Source: a virus | Lineage: Duplodnaviria; Caudoviricetes | Direction: 5' to 3' (one strand) | Virus record (IMG/VR): IMGVR_UViG_3300036987_000545 | Location: 1-33,965 of that record | Length of the DNA stretch: 33,965 nt | Shown here: piece by piece, positions 23,684-32,638 of the stretch | How positions within the stretch are numbered: the first letter of the stretch is position 1 | How the letters are laid out: every line of letters starts with the position of its first letter | Notes under the pieces: generated by a model | What the model was told of the DNA's origin: nothing | The model's input: only the letters and a program-made list of their open reading frames with translations | The model's database searches: none | Translations under genes and position numbers: made by a program

Positions 23684-25954
23684 TCAGCCCCCTATCTCTG
23701 CTTCAGGAACGATGCTCTGGATGTTCACGGGGACAGGATCGTCCGATTCCACCCTCAGCCCTACATCCATCATCGTCGGTATGTCGGTGGTCACGTAATG
23801 GGCTCCGGTGTAACCGGATGGAAGATCGACCGGGATAGGATCACTGGTTTCGTCATATCGCAGCATGAACCCGTTGCTCTTGTAGAGACGGAAGAAGACC
23901 CTTCCTATGCCTTTATGAAGCCCCTCGGAGTCCGCAGAGTTGACCAGGTGCGTCCGCAGCACTGCGGAATAAGGAAGCCCCACCAGTGCGTAGGTTGCCG
24001 AAGGAATCGTCACGGATCCACCGGATACGGTCACGGTAGCTACCGCTATTCCACCTGCAGCGGGGACGTACCGTACCTTGACCTCCTGGCCATTGAAATG
24101 CGCGAGTCCTGTCACAGTCGTGAAGGCCGCTCCGCTTTTCGAGACAGCCGCGTCCAGATACCACTGGCTTGCAGGGGAATCATCCTCGTTCTCCTGCAGC
24201 ACTTCTATGAAGCGTACAGCAGAGCCGTTGATGGTCCGCTTGACCACCATGTACACATAGTCCCTGTCTGCTCCAGGAACCACGGCCACGCTTTCGATTG
24301 AGTCGCCATCCCGTACCTTGATTCGGTCCCAGGCAATCACGCCAGTAGAGGGCTCCATGAGGCATCTGGCAAGCTCGCCGTTGGCAAGGACAGCGTACAG
24401 GCACATGTCCGGGACCTGTGCGAAATCAAGCTGTGTGATCCCGACCTTGACCATGTGTTCAGCCTGGAGTGTAAGCGGAGCCCCTCCTCCAGTGGAAAGC
24501 TGCCTGATGTGCCTGGAAGCCGGAGCAACGTACATGAGCCCGTCCCCTACATACCTGCTCTGGATGTCAGCAGATCCGTACCTTGAGGCGATTATCGCCC
24601 TGGCCTGGACAGCGTTGCTGGTTCCAGGGATAACCCATTCGGATGATGTCGTCCCGACATACAGATCCTGGGCCGCAGAGATCCAGACAATCCTTTCATC
24701 TTCCTCTGTGGCAAGTCCCAGCCTTACAGCGGATCCTGCGCCGACCTGTTGTGTGGTGTCCTCCGAGTCATCGAACTCGGGAACCATCGCGTCCTTCCAG
24801 TCAGTGAAGCGGACTGCGAAAGATCCCGAGCCTATCGCGCCCCTATCCAGGGTAATGGTGTCGGCCGTGTTCGATACAACCTTCGTGCCGTAGGCCACGT
24901 TGACACCTGATGCGTACTTGTCCTTGAGTTCGTCGATAGTCAGTACCGGAGTGACAGACTTGAGCGTCACCGAGTCAGTGGTAGCCGATGCTGTACAAGT
25001 GAAGCCATTGCCAACTTCGCCTGAAGGTTTTTCTTCTTTTGTCTTATATACGATTTCCTCGAACAGCACGAAATTCTTGTAGTCCCAGGGCTTGGAGCCC
25101 CACAGGACCGCAGGATCTTTCCTGGATCCACCCATCCATAGTCGTCCCCCGAAGTAGCAGACAGCCCCAGGATAATTACCGGCCCCGATGAAGGGCCGCA
25201 TGTCCATGCTGATCGTTCCCTGGTATGAGTAAGTTGATCCACGGGTAATGACCACATTGGTCTCATCGGAGAACGTAACGGTCAAGGCAAGGTCATTGCG
25301 CCTGATCCCGGTTACCGTCTTGCTGTTGAATGTACCTGAAGCTGGATAATCCTTGCGCGAGGACAGCCATTGAGCTACCTGTTCCCAGAGTTCATAGGTG
25401 TCATACGGTGTTTCGGTCGGGGCTGTCCATTCGATCAGGTTTCCTGCAAAGGACTGGTCTGACGTGGTGTAATCCAGGACTGCCGTGGTAGGAGTCCCGG
25501 AGACATACCGGAACCACAAGGGAGGGTAGTCCGGATGGACCAGCATGACCTCCCGGTGGGTCTGTGCGTAGCGGATCTGAAACAAATCGCCATCAGTGTA
25601 GGATGTAGGGATGCTGGCTGGATTCCCTCCGTTGGATACCCATAAACCTGATGCGGCATCCAGCAGTCTGATCTTTCCTGGAGCCGCAGGGGATACGGTC
25701 GCCCCTGTCAGCTCGATGAGGAATACAGTGTTGGCATCAATAACGAACGGTATGAGCCTGGCCTTCTTGCTCCCATCGGTTGACTGGACATACTTGGTCC
25801 CAGGTCTCTTTCCTGCTCCCCCAAGCACCCTTGTCTGGAAGTTGGTCAGCTCCTGGGCTCCGCGGTAATAGACAGGCAGATCGACCCGCCCGGCAAGCCG
25901 TGGTGACAGCTCGCCTGCGGAGAAGTCGTTGAATATCGGACGGATCGTTGGCAT
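23684..25954 (-). CDS. Tail tubular protein B / nozzle (T7 gp12-, BPP-1-like)
   Basis: N-terminal FSAGELSPRLAGRVDL...GGAGKRPGT, ARLIPF, YPGAVCYFGGRLW, YLDAA, GLAHFNGQEV, VGLPY motifs. Confidence 0.9.
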   Translation of the reverse strand: MPTIRPIFNDFSAGELSPRLAGRVDLPVYYRGAQELTNFQTRVLGGAGKRPGTKYVQSTDGSKKARLIPFVIDANTVFLIELTGATVSPAAPGKIRLLDAASGLWVSNGGNPASIPTSYTDGDLFQIRYAQTHREVMLVHPDYPPLWFRYVSGTPTTAVLDYTTSDQSFAGNLIEWTAPTETPYDTYELWEQVAQWLSSRKDYPASGTFNSKTVTGIRRNDLALTVTFSDETNVVITRGSTYSYQGTISMDMRPFIGAGNYPGAVCYFGGRLWMGGSRKDPAVLWGSKPWDYKNFVLFEEIVYKTKEEKPSGEVGNGFTCTASATTDSVTLKSVTPVLTIDELKDKYASGVNVAYGTKVVSNTADTITLDRGAIGSGSFAVRFTDWKDAMVPEFDDSEDTTQQVGAGSAVRLGLATEEDERIVWISAAQDLYVGTTSSEWVIPGTSNAVQARAIIASRYGSADIQSRYVGDGLMYVAPASRHIRQLSTGGGAPLTLQAEHMVKVGITQLDFAQVPDMCLYAVLANGELARCLMEPSTGVIAWDRIKVRDGDSIESVAVVPGADRDYVYMVVKRTINGSAVRFIEVLQENEDDSPASQWYLDAAVSKSGAAFTTVTGLAHFNGQEVKVRYVPAAGGIAVATVTVSGGSVTIPSATYALVGLPYSAVLRTHLVNSADSEGLHKGIGRVFFRLYKSNGFMLRYDETSDPIPVDLPSGYTGAHYVTTDIPTMMDVGLRVESDDPVPVNIQSIVPEAEIGG

Positions 25955-26809
25955 CTACTGCCTCTGCCTGGGCTGGCCCCTGTCAGTCCACTGTGGTTCT
26001 GCCTCGTCAACCTGTCTTTCCTTGGACGACGCGACCTTGGCCAGGTTGAATATCGCGGCGAACTCTCCCTGGAGGAACTGTGCAAGGTCTGCTCTCTTGA
26101 CCAGAGGAATTGCCATTTTGGAGGCAAGCCGGAGAGCTACGGCATCTCGGAACAGGGAGTCCCATGACAAAGGATCGAGCACTTGTTCGACATACTTGAT
26201 AGGCAGCTGCGACGGGGAACCGCTTCCTGCCACATTGCACAGCAATCTTCGGTTTGTGCCCTCGCCAATGACCTCGAACATATTCTCCTTGACGTTGCCG
26301 ATCTCGAGTACTTTGAGGACGGCTAGCGACAGGGTGATTGTCACTGATGCGGTCGCGGTGGCCTTGGCGTTCATGGTGGCGGTGGTCTCGGTGTTGGACA
26401 TGATGTATGCCCCCGCAGGAATGCCGCTTCCGGCAACCTTGTAGCCTCTCAGGGAATTGACTGCCAGTCCGGAGAATCCTGTCAGTCCGGTCTGGTTGGT
26501 GGTTGTGCCGATGGATGCGTATGATCCAGTTGTTGGTTCCAGCTTGTATGCGTAGGACCACGGCCCCTTGTTGGCATAGGTGGAATCCTCTGGTATGGAG
26601 AGGCGGCGCTGGGCAAAATTGAACTCGTAGTCGCGAAGGAGTTCATCCCTGGTAGCACCGAATACAGCTATGGACTGCCGTGCCGACGGGGTGTCCTCGC
26701 CATCATCCTTGATGTCATCTGCGGCCAGGCGTTTCAGTGCTATGTTCGCAAGCTCTGCTTCTGCCTGTTCGTGGCTCGGTGTCCACGACAGTCTGGTTAT
26801 GGGAGCCAT
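25955..26809 (-). CDS. Tail tubular protein A / adaptor (T7 gp11-like)
   Basis: LANIALKRL...RDELLRDYEFNFAQRR, WSYAY, WDSLFRDAVALRLASKMA motifs. Confidence 0.88.
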   Translation of the reverse strand: MAPITRLSWTPSHEQAEAELANIALKRLAADDIKDDGEDTPSARQSIAVFGATRDELLRDYEFNFAQRRLSIPEDSTYANKGPWSYAYKLEPTTGSYASIGTTTNQTGLTGFSGLAVNSLRGYKVAGSGIPAGAYIMSNTETTATMNAKATATASVTITLSLAVLKVLEIGNVKENMFEVIGEGTNRRLLCNVAGSGSPSQLPIKYVEQVLDPLSWDSLFRDAVALRLASKMAIPLVKRADLAQFLQGEFAAIFNLAKVASSKERQVDEAEPQWTDRGQPRQRQ

Positions 26810-27066
26810 CAGAATACTCCTTCAGCCAGCTCGCGGAGTTGTTTAAGGGAAAGACCCTCAACCTCGCTATGCTTGGCAAGCTTGTTATCGATGATCAACC
26901 TGACCGCTTCTTCCTTGGTCAGTTGCCTTTTCATTTCACCTTCGGCCTTTATGTACAAAGCCTGGTTGGCCCGTACAACCGATTCGTCAAGTTCCACGAT
27001 CTCCCCGGCCTGGAGGATCCGCCCGAGGATGTGGTTGCGGTGGGTCATTGTCGCCTGCACTCTCAT
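26809..27066 (-). CDS. Hypothetical 85-aa protein with possible Rho-N/HeH-like C-terminal helix
   Basis: AAGGAG RBS before ATG 27066, preferred to 27105, which lies next to the hairpin. Ends EGLSLKQLRELAE. Confidence 0.65.
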   Translation of the reverse strand: MRVQATMTHRNHILGRILQAGEIVELDESVVRANQALYIKAEGEMKRQLTKEEAVRLIIDNKLAKHSEVEGLSLKQLRELAEGVF

Positions 27067-27077
27067 GGTTACTCCTT

Positions 27078-27103
27078 GGAACAGGGGCTCCCGAAGGAGC
27101 CCC
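27078..27103 (-). terminator. Intrinsic terminator-like hairpin with cUUCGg tetraloop
   Basis: Minus strand GGGGCTCC-TTCG-GGAGCCCC-TGTT: perfect 8-bp stem just after the capsid gene cluster, short U-tract. Confidence 0.65.
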
Positions 27104-27109
27104 ATTCAA

Positions 27110-27787
27110 CTACAGAGGGAACTCGGGCAACTCGGCGAACAGGATGCTCGCCCAGAAGGTGGTGCTTGACGCCACGGTTCCCACCAGGCTGATTGCACTG
27201 CCTGGTGCCATCATGATCAACCCGTCCAGGTCGAACTCAAGACCTGCCACCGGGTTGCTGGTAGCTGCGGTGCCATCCTTCCATCCACCCATCCCGAGAT
27301 CCATGATCACGGTCGGGGCGGCGGTGAAGGTCACCACATCACTGGCAAACATCCCTTTCGCCACGGCAGCAGGGCCGCCGATCCGGGCCGTTTTGGGCGC
27401 ACGGTTGGTGAAGGTGACAATCGGCTTGCCTGAGCCGATGTTGGTGGATGGTCCGGTTGCCAGGGTCTGCGCGAGTGCCAGGCCCCAGATCGCCGGAGTG
27501 CCGATAGCTGCCAGGGAAAGCATGATCTTCAGTGGTACGAGGATCTTCCCGGAGCCTTCGGGGTTCCACAGGGTGGGACAAACGCCGGTCGTGGCCGACA
27601 GCGGGATTGCCGCAGCGGCGTGGGAACGGCCGATGAAGGTCATCCCCTCCCTGGTGGACTGGAGATACTTGCCGCCCTCGTTCGCCATCCGGGGGATGCC
27701 CAGGTTGTTGGCGACCAGGGATTCGACGCGGGCCATATTGGGGTATGCCCGGGATCCGTGTACGTATGAGGGAACCAGTTCGCTCAT
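27110..27787 (-). CDS. Putative capsid-associated/decoration protein (225 aa)
   Basis: GAGGTGG RBS before ATG 27787 (MSELVPSY). Ala/Gly/Thr-rich beta-type composition, in the capsid cluster upstream of the terminator. Confidence 0.6.
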   Translation of the reverse strand: MSELVPSYVHGSRAYPNMARVESLVANNLGIPRMANEGGKYLQSTREGMTFIGRSHAAAAIPLSATTGVCPTLWNPEGSGKILVPLKIMLSLAAIGTPAIWGLALAQTLATGPSTNIGSGKPIVTFTNRAPKTARIGGPAAVAKGMFASDVVTFTAAPTVIMDLGMGGWKDGTAATSNPVAGLEFDLDGLIMMAPGSAISLVGTVASSTTFWASILFAELPEFPL

Positions 27788-27798
27788 GATTCCACCTC

Positions 27799-28197
27799 TC
27801 ATTCGCTGTACAGGTAGGCCTTGAAGGCTCCACCTGAATCCGACGCCTCGGATACGTCCCATTCGATGCGGCAGTACCGCTTGATGCTTTCGGGGAGCTG
27901 TATCCTGGTCCTGGTGGCCGCGACATTGGCCTTGGCGATGGTCCAGGTGTGATGGGTGACCTTTGCCACATTGAACGCAGCGGCGCTGTCACTGGTCAGC
28001 GTAATGACCAGGTTGGCAGCTCCGGCACCCCGCACGAGATCAGTCGATCCCTCGATGACCAGGTAGGTCTTCTTCGAGGTGTCGAAGGCTCCTACGGCGT
28101 GGGTGTCGCGGTAGTCAGAGGTTCCCGCCTCATGGCCCCCGATGGTTTCCAGCCCCGTGGTCACGGTCCGGAAGTATTCCTGTCTGTCAAGAATCAT
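27799..28197 (-). CDS. Capsid cement/decoration protein (Bbp16-like)
   Basis: MILD...F start, C-terminal LPESIKRYCRIEW...GAFKAYL pattern, strong AAGGAGG RBS, directly after the major capsid gene. Confidence 0.75.
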   Translation of the reverse strand: MILDRQEYFRTVTTGLETIGGHEAGTSDYRDTHAVGAFDTSKKTYLVIEGSTDLVRGAGAANLVITLTSDSAAAFNVAKVTHHTWTIAKANVAATRTRIQLPESIKRYCRIEWDVSEASDSGGAFKAYLYSE

Positions 28198-28210
28198 CTG
28201 ATTCCTCCTT

Positions 28211-29212
28211 TTACTCTATCAGGCTTTCGACCACGGACAGGGAATCATCCCGGATGATCGGGATACCCCAGAGGGTGGGCATGGTCCGTCCCCACACGTT
28301 CTCAGGCGTGAAGTAGACGTTGCTCTTGCTGTTGAGCCGCTGCATGACGCCGGTCATGACCTGGCGGCCGCAGTAGATCGCGCAGTTCTCGGTCGAAGGC
28401 ATCTTGTTGATCGCCTCGATGAGGACATCCTCGAACCAGGAGGCCGGGACAGTGTTCTTGATCAGGATGTTGTTGGCATCCACGTTGAACAACCGCTGGA
28501 TCCTGCGCTCGTCGCCGACGCCGATCCCGTACTGGAAGTTGAAATAGGACCGGAACCCGGGGAACGGCTTGTTGTCGCTGTCCATCAGGTCCACAAGACC
28601 GCGGTCATCTTCCCAGAAGGTCTTCTTGCCGTCCTTGGGATTGATGAGCTGTACGCCATCCTCACCCCAGGAGACGATGACCACCGGGTAGTACTCCTGG
28701 CCGGATGCTCCCTTGAATGCAGTGCAGTCGATCATGTTGGCGGTCTTGGCGGCAGCGGAAACAGGGGTGTACCGGGTCAGTAGTCCGTTGACTTCCTTGA
28801 CATCGGTGGCCATGTTGCCGTTCCAGAACTTTTTGTTCCAGTTCTCGATCATGCCCTGGACATGGAGTTTGGCCCGCTGGGCTCTCCAGGCACCGGGATT
28901 GGACTGCTTGTCGGCCAGGCGCTTGTCCAGCTCGAAAAGAGAGCCGATCATGGCCAGGGGCTCGGTCACGGGGACGGTCGCGACGCCTTCCCTGTCGTAA
29001 CCCTGGTTGATGCGGGTGAAGGCACCACTGGGTTTCTTGGACAGGCGCAGCATCTCATGGCTGTTGTCGTTGTTGGCGTTGACCCAGTATCCTTCTTCGA
29101 GGATGGGCCGCTTGGAGCTGAACACATCGATGATGTGATGCAGCTTGCCCTCGGGGTCGTAGCTTTTCAGCACTTCCGCAAGGGTGTATGAGGTATCGAT
29201 GGTAAAGGGCAT
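28211..29212 (-). CDS. Major capsid protein (BPP-1 Bbp17-like, HK97 fold)
   Basis: 333 aa after scaffold. Motifs ELDKRLAD, FWNGN...EVNGLLTRY and C-terminal LWGIPIIRDDSLSVVE. Confidence 0.88.
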   Translation of the reverse strand: MPFTIDTSYTLAEVLKSYDPEGKLHHIIDVFSSKRPILEEGYWVNANNDNSHEMLRLSKKPSGAFTRINQGYDREGVATVPVTEPLAMIGSLFELDKRLADKQSNPGAWRAQRAKLHVQGMIENWNKKFWNGNMATDVKEVNGLLTRYTPVSAAAKTANMIDCTAFKGASGQEYYPVVIVSWGEDGVQLINPKDGKKTFWEDDRGLVDLMDSDNKPFPGFRSYFNFQYGIGVGDERRIQRLFNVDANNILIKNTVPASWFEDVLIEAINKMPSTENCAIYCGRQVMTGVMQRLNSKSNVYFTPENVWGRTMPTLWGIPIIRDDSLSVVESLIE

Positions 29213-29242
29213 TTTTGCCCTCCGTTGTCACGGTTTCTACGC

Positions 29243-29962
29243 TTACCGCTTCTCGTTCATGTAGGCATACGGGTTTGGCTTGCCTTTGACAGCCTGCCCA
29301 TCGACGAATCGGTGGGGAGTTGTCGCATCGGCGGCCGCAGCCAGGAGCTGGAGTACCACGGCATCCTTGCCGGCCCCGGTCTTCTCAAGGTGGGCAAGAG
29401 CGTTCTCTCCCCCGACCTTCAAGACAAACCGCTTGGCCAGTTCAAGTTTCTCGCCGGCCTTCGCTCCCCAGGCATTCGCTATCATCTCCTGGTTGAGCTT
29501 CTCGGCATTGGCGGCTTCTTCGTACTCCGCTTTTGCTTTCGACGCCAACAGGTTGAAGACAACCGCCGCCTGGTCCGGGTCCAGCCCTGCTTTGTGGAAC
29601 CCTGCCTTTATGTCCGACAGGAACGATTCATCAGCCTCAAGGCCATCAGCATTGAGCGCGTAGTCGTCGGCCTTTGCGGGGCGGCCAACCTTGGAATAAT
29701 ACTTATCCCAGTCCTCGGGCTTTGCGTCCTTGCCAGGTTTTGAAAAGCTCTTTCCAAGTTTGGCCTCAAGTTCGACATAGCTTTTTGCCAAGGCTTCTTC
29801 CGAAGTGAACTTGGCGAGCGTTTTCGATGCCTTGAGGGACTCGGGAAGCTTGTCCAGCCATGACTGTTTCGCTCCGGGATCCCCTTGCCCGGTTCCAGTG
29901 TCCGGGCTCACATCCGTGGCCTGAACCTGGTTGTCCCCTGCGGGGGCCGTGTTCTCGTCCAT
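29243..29962 (-). CDS. Capsid scaffolding protein
   Basis: Low-complexity N-terminus, LAKSYVELEAKLG, GRPAKADDYAL, GLDPDQA, AWG motifs. AAGGAG RBS before ATG 29962. Confidence 0.8.
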   Translation of the reverse strand: MDENTAPAGDNQVQATDVSPDTGTGQGDPGAKQSWLDKLPESLKASKTLAKFTSEEALAKSYVELEAKLGKSFSKPGKDAKPEDWDKYYSKVGRPAKADDYALNADGLEADESFLSDIKAGFHKAGLDPDQAAVVFNLLASKAKAEYEEAANAEKLNQEMIANAWGAKAGEKLELAKRFVLKVGGENALAHLEKTGAGKDAVVLQLLAAAADATTPHRFVDGQAVKGKPNPYAYMNEKR

Positions 29963-29964
29963 GA

Positions 29965-30240
29965 TCACTCCTTGTCGCCGTTGACCGGCGGTAGATACGG
30001 TAGATCAAGCAGGGCGTCAACGATTGCGTCCTCGTTGTGGTCCTGCAACGCTCCTATCTTGAACAGCAGGAATTTGGCATAGTTGTGCAAAGGGGCATTG
30101 TCCATCCCCACACTGCTGTTGTAGTTAAGGTCCGAAAGCATGTCCTTGAGGACCACCTTCCCGTCCGGGGTGCAGAACACCCTGCGATAGGTGTACACAA
30201 GGTCCATAGCCTTCTGGTCTGCTCCGTCAAGCTGCGCCAT
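29965..30240 (-). CDS. Conserved small phage protein (Bbp19-like)
   Basis: YRRVFCTPDGKVVLKDML motif, positioned between portal and scaffold. Confidence 0.75.
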   Translation of the reverse strand: MAQLDGADQKAMDLVYTYRRVFCTPDGKVVLKDMLSDLNYNSSVGMDNAPLHNYAKFLLFKIGALQDHNEDAIVDALLDLPYLPPVNGDKE

Positions 30241-31891
30241 TCTGCATCCTGTCTGCCGGGCTTCCCGGCTCCGGAGCCTTGCCGAGGTTCGGAGCCACCT
30301 TCGCGGCTTCCAGCTCCATCTGTGCTTCCTGCATGGCCTGCTGCTGCTCGGCCCGGGCCTTCCTTATCTTCATGACTGTCCGGTCGTCCCGGACCATCTC
30401 GTCGGGCATGCCATTGGATGTTCCCGCCCTCTCTGCTGCAAGGGTGAAGTCGAACTTGTCGAAGATCTCGACCTGTCCTGTAGCCTGGGCTATTCCCGAT
30501 ACAGCAGCAACGCCGTCCAGCACTCCCTGGCTTCTCAGGTATTGTTTCTGCTTCATCGCAAGGGGGCCAGTGTATTCGACTTCAAGAGCCAGACCCTGGA
30601 GTTCCATCAGCTCCTCGGGCATCGGTGGAAGCCTGCCTGCCTCAAGCTCGATCAGATAGGTAGTGGTGATCGCCGGCTCCAATAGTTCCTTGGTGATCCG
30701 TCCGATGGTGGATCCCAGGATCGCAGCCTTCTGGGCCTCGATTGCGTTGACTTCGGTTGCCGTGCGGTCCCTCTGGCCAGCGCCTTCTGCAAGGAGGTAG
30801 GAGAAGAAATCGGAGCGGAAATGCTCCCGGATGATCTTCGCCCGTCTCTCCAGTGCGTCGATCCCCAAGGGATACTGACCCAGGGCTCCTCCGTACAGGG
30901 ATTCCACGCGCCGGCCGCCTGGGGCTGCATTGTCCCAGTAGGTCAATCCACCCGGATTGATCTTGATCTGCCCCCTCATGGACTCATGGGCCAACAGGGG
31001 AGGATTGACGGCCTTGTGTGCTGCTTCGGCCATGGTCTTGGCCTGGTGGTTGATCATCACGACATCCCACAGGGCATCCATCGCAGGGGAGCGCCCGTAG
31101 GTCTCGTCGGAGTTCTTGGAGAACCGCCAGACGATGTAGGGCATCCAGTCGTATCCACCCTCGTCCAGGATCCTGTTGTTGTCCTTGTTCCCGCCATCCA
31201 GGAGCATGTAGGTGGAGGTATACTGCCTCTGCCCGTTCTTGTCCGGTTCCACGGCATGGAGTACATCCACCATCTCGTCGGGGTTGTCTTCTGCCCGGTC
31301 GATCATCTTCTGGTCAAGCCTGTCCTCGAACTGGTCCACTAAATTGCCCAGGCTCATGGCAAACTTGCGGTAGACGGTATCCACTTCTCCCCAGCGGTTC
31401 TCGGCTACGAATATCTCCTTCAGGTGACGGACGGAGAAGTAGACCTTGCCGGAGCGGATATCCTCCTCGGCGAACATCACTGCAGTCCCCAGGGATCCTG
31501 CATCAGGGAATATCTCGCCCAGGCTGGAATAGAAATTGGACCGCTCCAGGACCTTGAGTATGTGCTGCTGGCACTGGTCCAGCCAGACACGCAGTGGTTT
31601 GAACTCGTCAAGCTGCTGATTGCCTGATCTGAACTTGAAGAACGGTATGGATGCGGGTACAAGGTGGCCAAGAAGACCGTCACACATCAGCTTGAGGGCT
31701 GCGGTGGCGGTAGTGTCGTACATGTCCTGGGATTGCCGTTTGTCCTGGTCAGGACGCTTGTCCCAGCCGGATCTTCGGCAGAATATGAGGCGGGTTATGT
31801 CCTTCCATTCATCCTCGAATGGCTTGCGCTCCTGCTCCAGTGCGGTGAGACGCCGCAGGATCCGCTTCTCGGGCTTTTCGTCCCTGGGCAT
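30227..31891 (-). CDS. Portal (head-tail connector) protein, T7/BPP-1 type
   Basis: YDTTA, ERSNFY, GEVDTVYR, YGRSPAMDAL, RTATEV, VEYTGPLA motifs; 554 aa. Confidence 0.95.
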   Translation of the reverse strand: MPRDEKPEKRILRRLTALEQERKPFEDEWKDITRLIFCRRSGWDKRPDQDKRQSQDMYDTTATAALKLMCDGLLGHLVPASIPFFKFRSGNQQLDEFKPLRVWLDQCQQHILKVLERSNFYSSLGEIFPDAGSLGTAVMFAEEDIRSGKVYFSVRHLKEIFVAENRWGEVDTVYRKFAMSLGNLVDQFEDRLDQKMIDRAEDNPDEMVDVLHAVEPDKNGQRQYTSTYMLLDGGNKDNNRILDEGGYDWMPYIVWRFSKNSDETYGRSPAMDALWDVVMINHQAKTMAEAAHKAVNPPLLAHESMRGQIKINPGGLTYWDNAAPGGRRVESLYGGALGQYPLGIDALERRAKIIREHFRSDFFSYLLAEGAGQRDRTATEVNAIEAQKAAILGSTIGRITKELLEPAITTTYLIELEAGRLPPMPEELMELQGLALEVEYTGPLAMKQKQYLRSQGVLDGVAAVSGIAQATGQVEIFDKFDFTLAAERAGTSNGMPDEMVRDDRTVMKIRKARAEQQQAMQEAQMELEAAKVAPNLGKAPEPGSPADRMQNGAA

Positions 31892-31927
31892 TTATCCCCT
31901 CTTTGCCATGCCCCAGGGTCAATATAC

Positions 31928-31957
31928 ATTATCGGATCATTGATGGTCATCTGTCAA
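31928..31957 (-). promoter_or_regulatory. Candidate sigma70 promoter upstream of the portal gene
   Basis: Minus strand TTGACA (31957-31952), 18-nt spacer, GATAAT (31933-31928), in an AT-rich patch at one of the larger gaps of the operon. Confidence 0.4.
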
Positions 31958-32638
31958 GAGATAGCTCCGCGGGTCATACGGAGGCTCCGGCTTGTCCAGA
32001 AGGCTCCTGCGGTGAGCCCATGGCCTTGAATACGAACCCCACCATACAGCCATTGCACAGCTCATCACCAGATCGTCGTGGTCCTGCTCCTGCATCGCCT
32101 CGTAGGAAACGCTGGCGCTCTTGCCCATCTTCATCACGAAGCTTTCCATCTCAGCCAGGAATGCGTCGATCACGGCAAGCTTCCTCGGGTATTTGAGCCT
32201 GCCCGAGTTCCAGTAGAACTGCAGCGAATGGACCAGATCACTCTTGGGAACCCGGAGGAATCCGTCTTCTGTCTGCGTTATATTGGTCCCCGAGGTGTAG
32301 ACCAGTGGAATGGGGTTGAGGCTTTCGTTCCGCATGAAGTCGCAGACAGGCGTTCCCACCCCGGTCGCGTCTATCACCAGGTCGCAGTTGCCTTCGAGTT
32401 CCGGTGTCTCCAGCAGCTCCTTGACGATCCTGACCACCTCGACATAATCGGTTCCCAGTTCAACCCGGTCCATGTGGACGATCTGCCAGACCCTCGATGT
32501 TATGGATTCTCCCTCGAACTTGATGTCCAGCTCGTCGAATTTCGGCCTCTTGACCTCATGCAGCCCTTCCTTGATGATCGTGATGGCCGTCCAGTCGTTA
32601 TTCCTGCCAAGGTCAACACTCATGATGAACTGGTTCAT
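31937..32638 (-). CDS. terL: Terminase large subunit, C-terminal RNase H-like nuclease domain as a separate gene
   Basis: SVDLGRNNDWTA, LVIDATGVG and HDDLVMS acidic motifs. Own GGAGG RBS and ATGA overlap. Confidence 0.9.
   Translation of the reverse strand: MNQFIMSVDLGRNNDWTAITIIKEGLHEVKRPKFDELDIKFEGESITSRVWQIVHMDRVELGTDYVEVVRIVKELLETPELEGNCDLVIDATGVGTPVCDFMRNESLNPIPLVYTSGTNITQTEDGFLRVPKSDLVHSLQFYWNSGRLKYPRKLAVIDAFLAEMESFVMKMGKSASVSYEAMQEQDHDDLVMSCAMAVWWGSYSRPWAHRRSLLDKPEPPYDPRSYLLTDDHQ

Noticed and set aside
27788-27862. N-terminal extension of the 27110..27862 ORF
   Set aside because: It overlaps the upstream cement gene, and a good RBS supports ATG 27787 instead.
8538-31342. Many long plus-strand ORFs antisense to the structural genes
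   Set aside because: Shadow ORFs expected from GC-rich codon bias, with no recognisable motifs.
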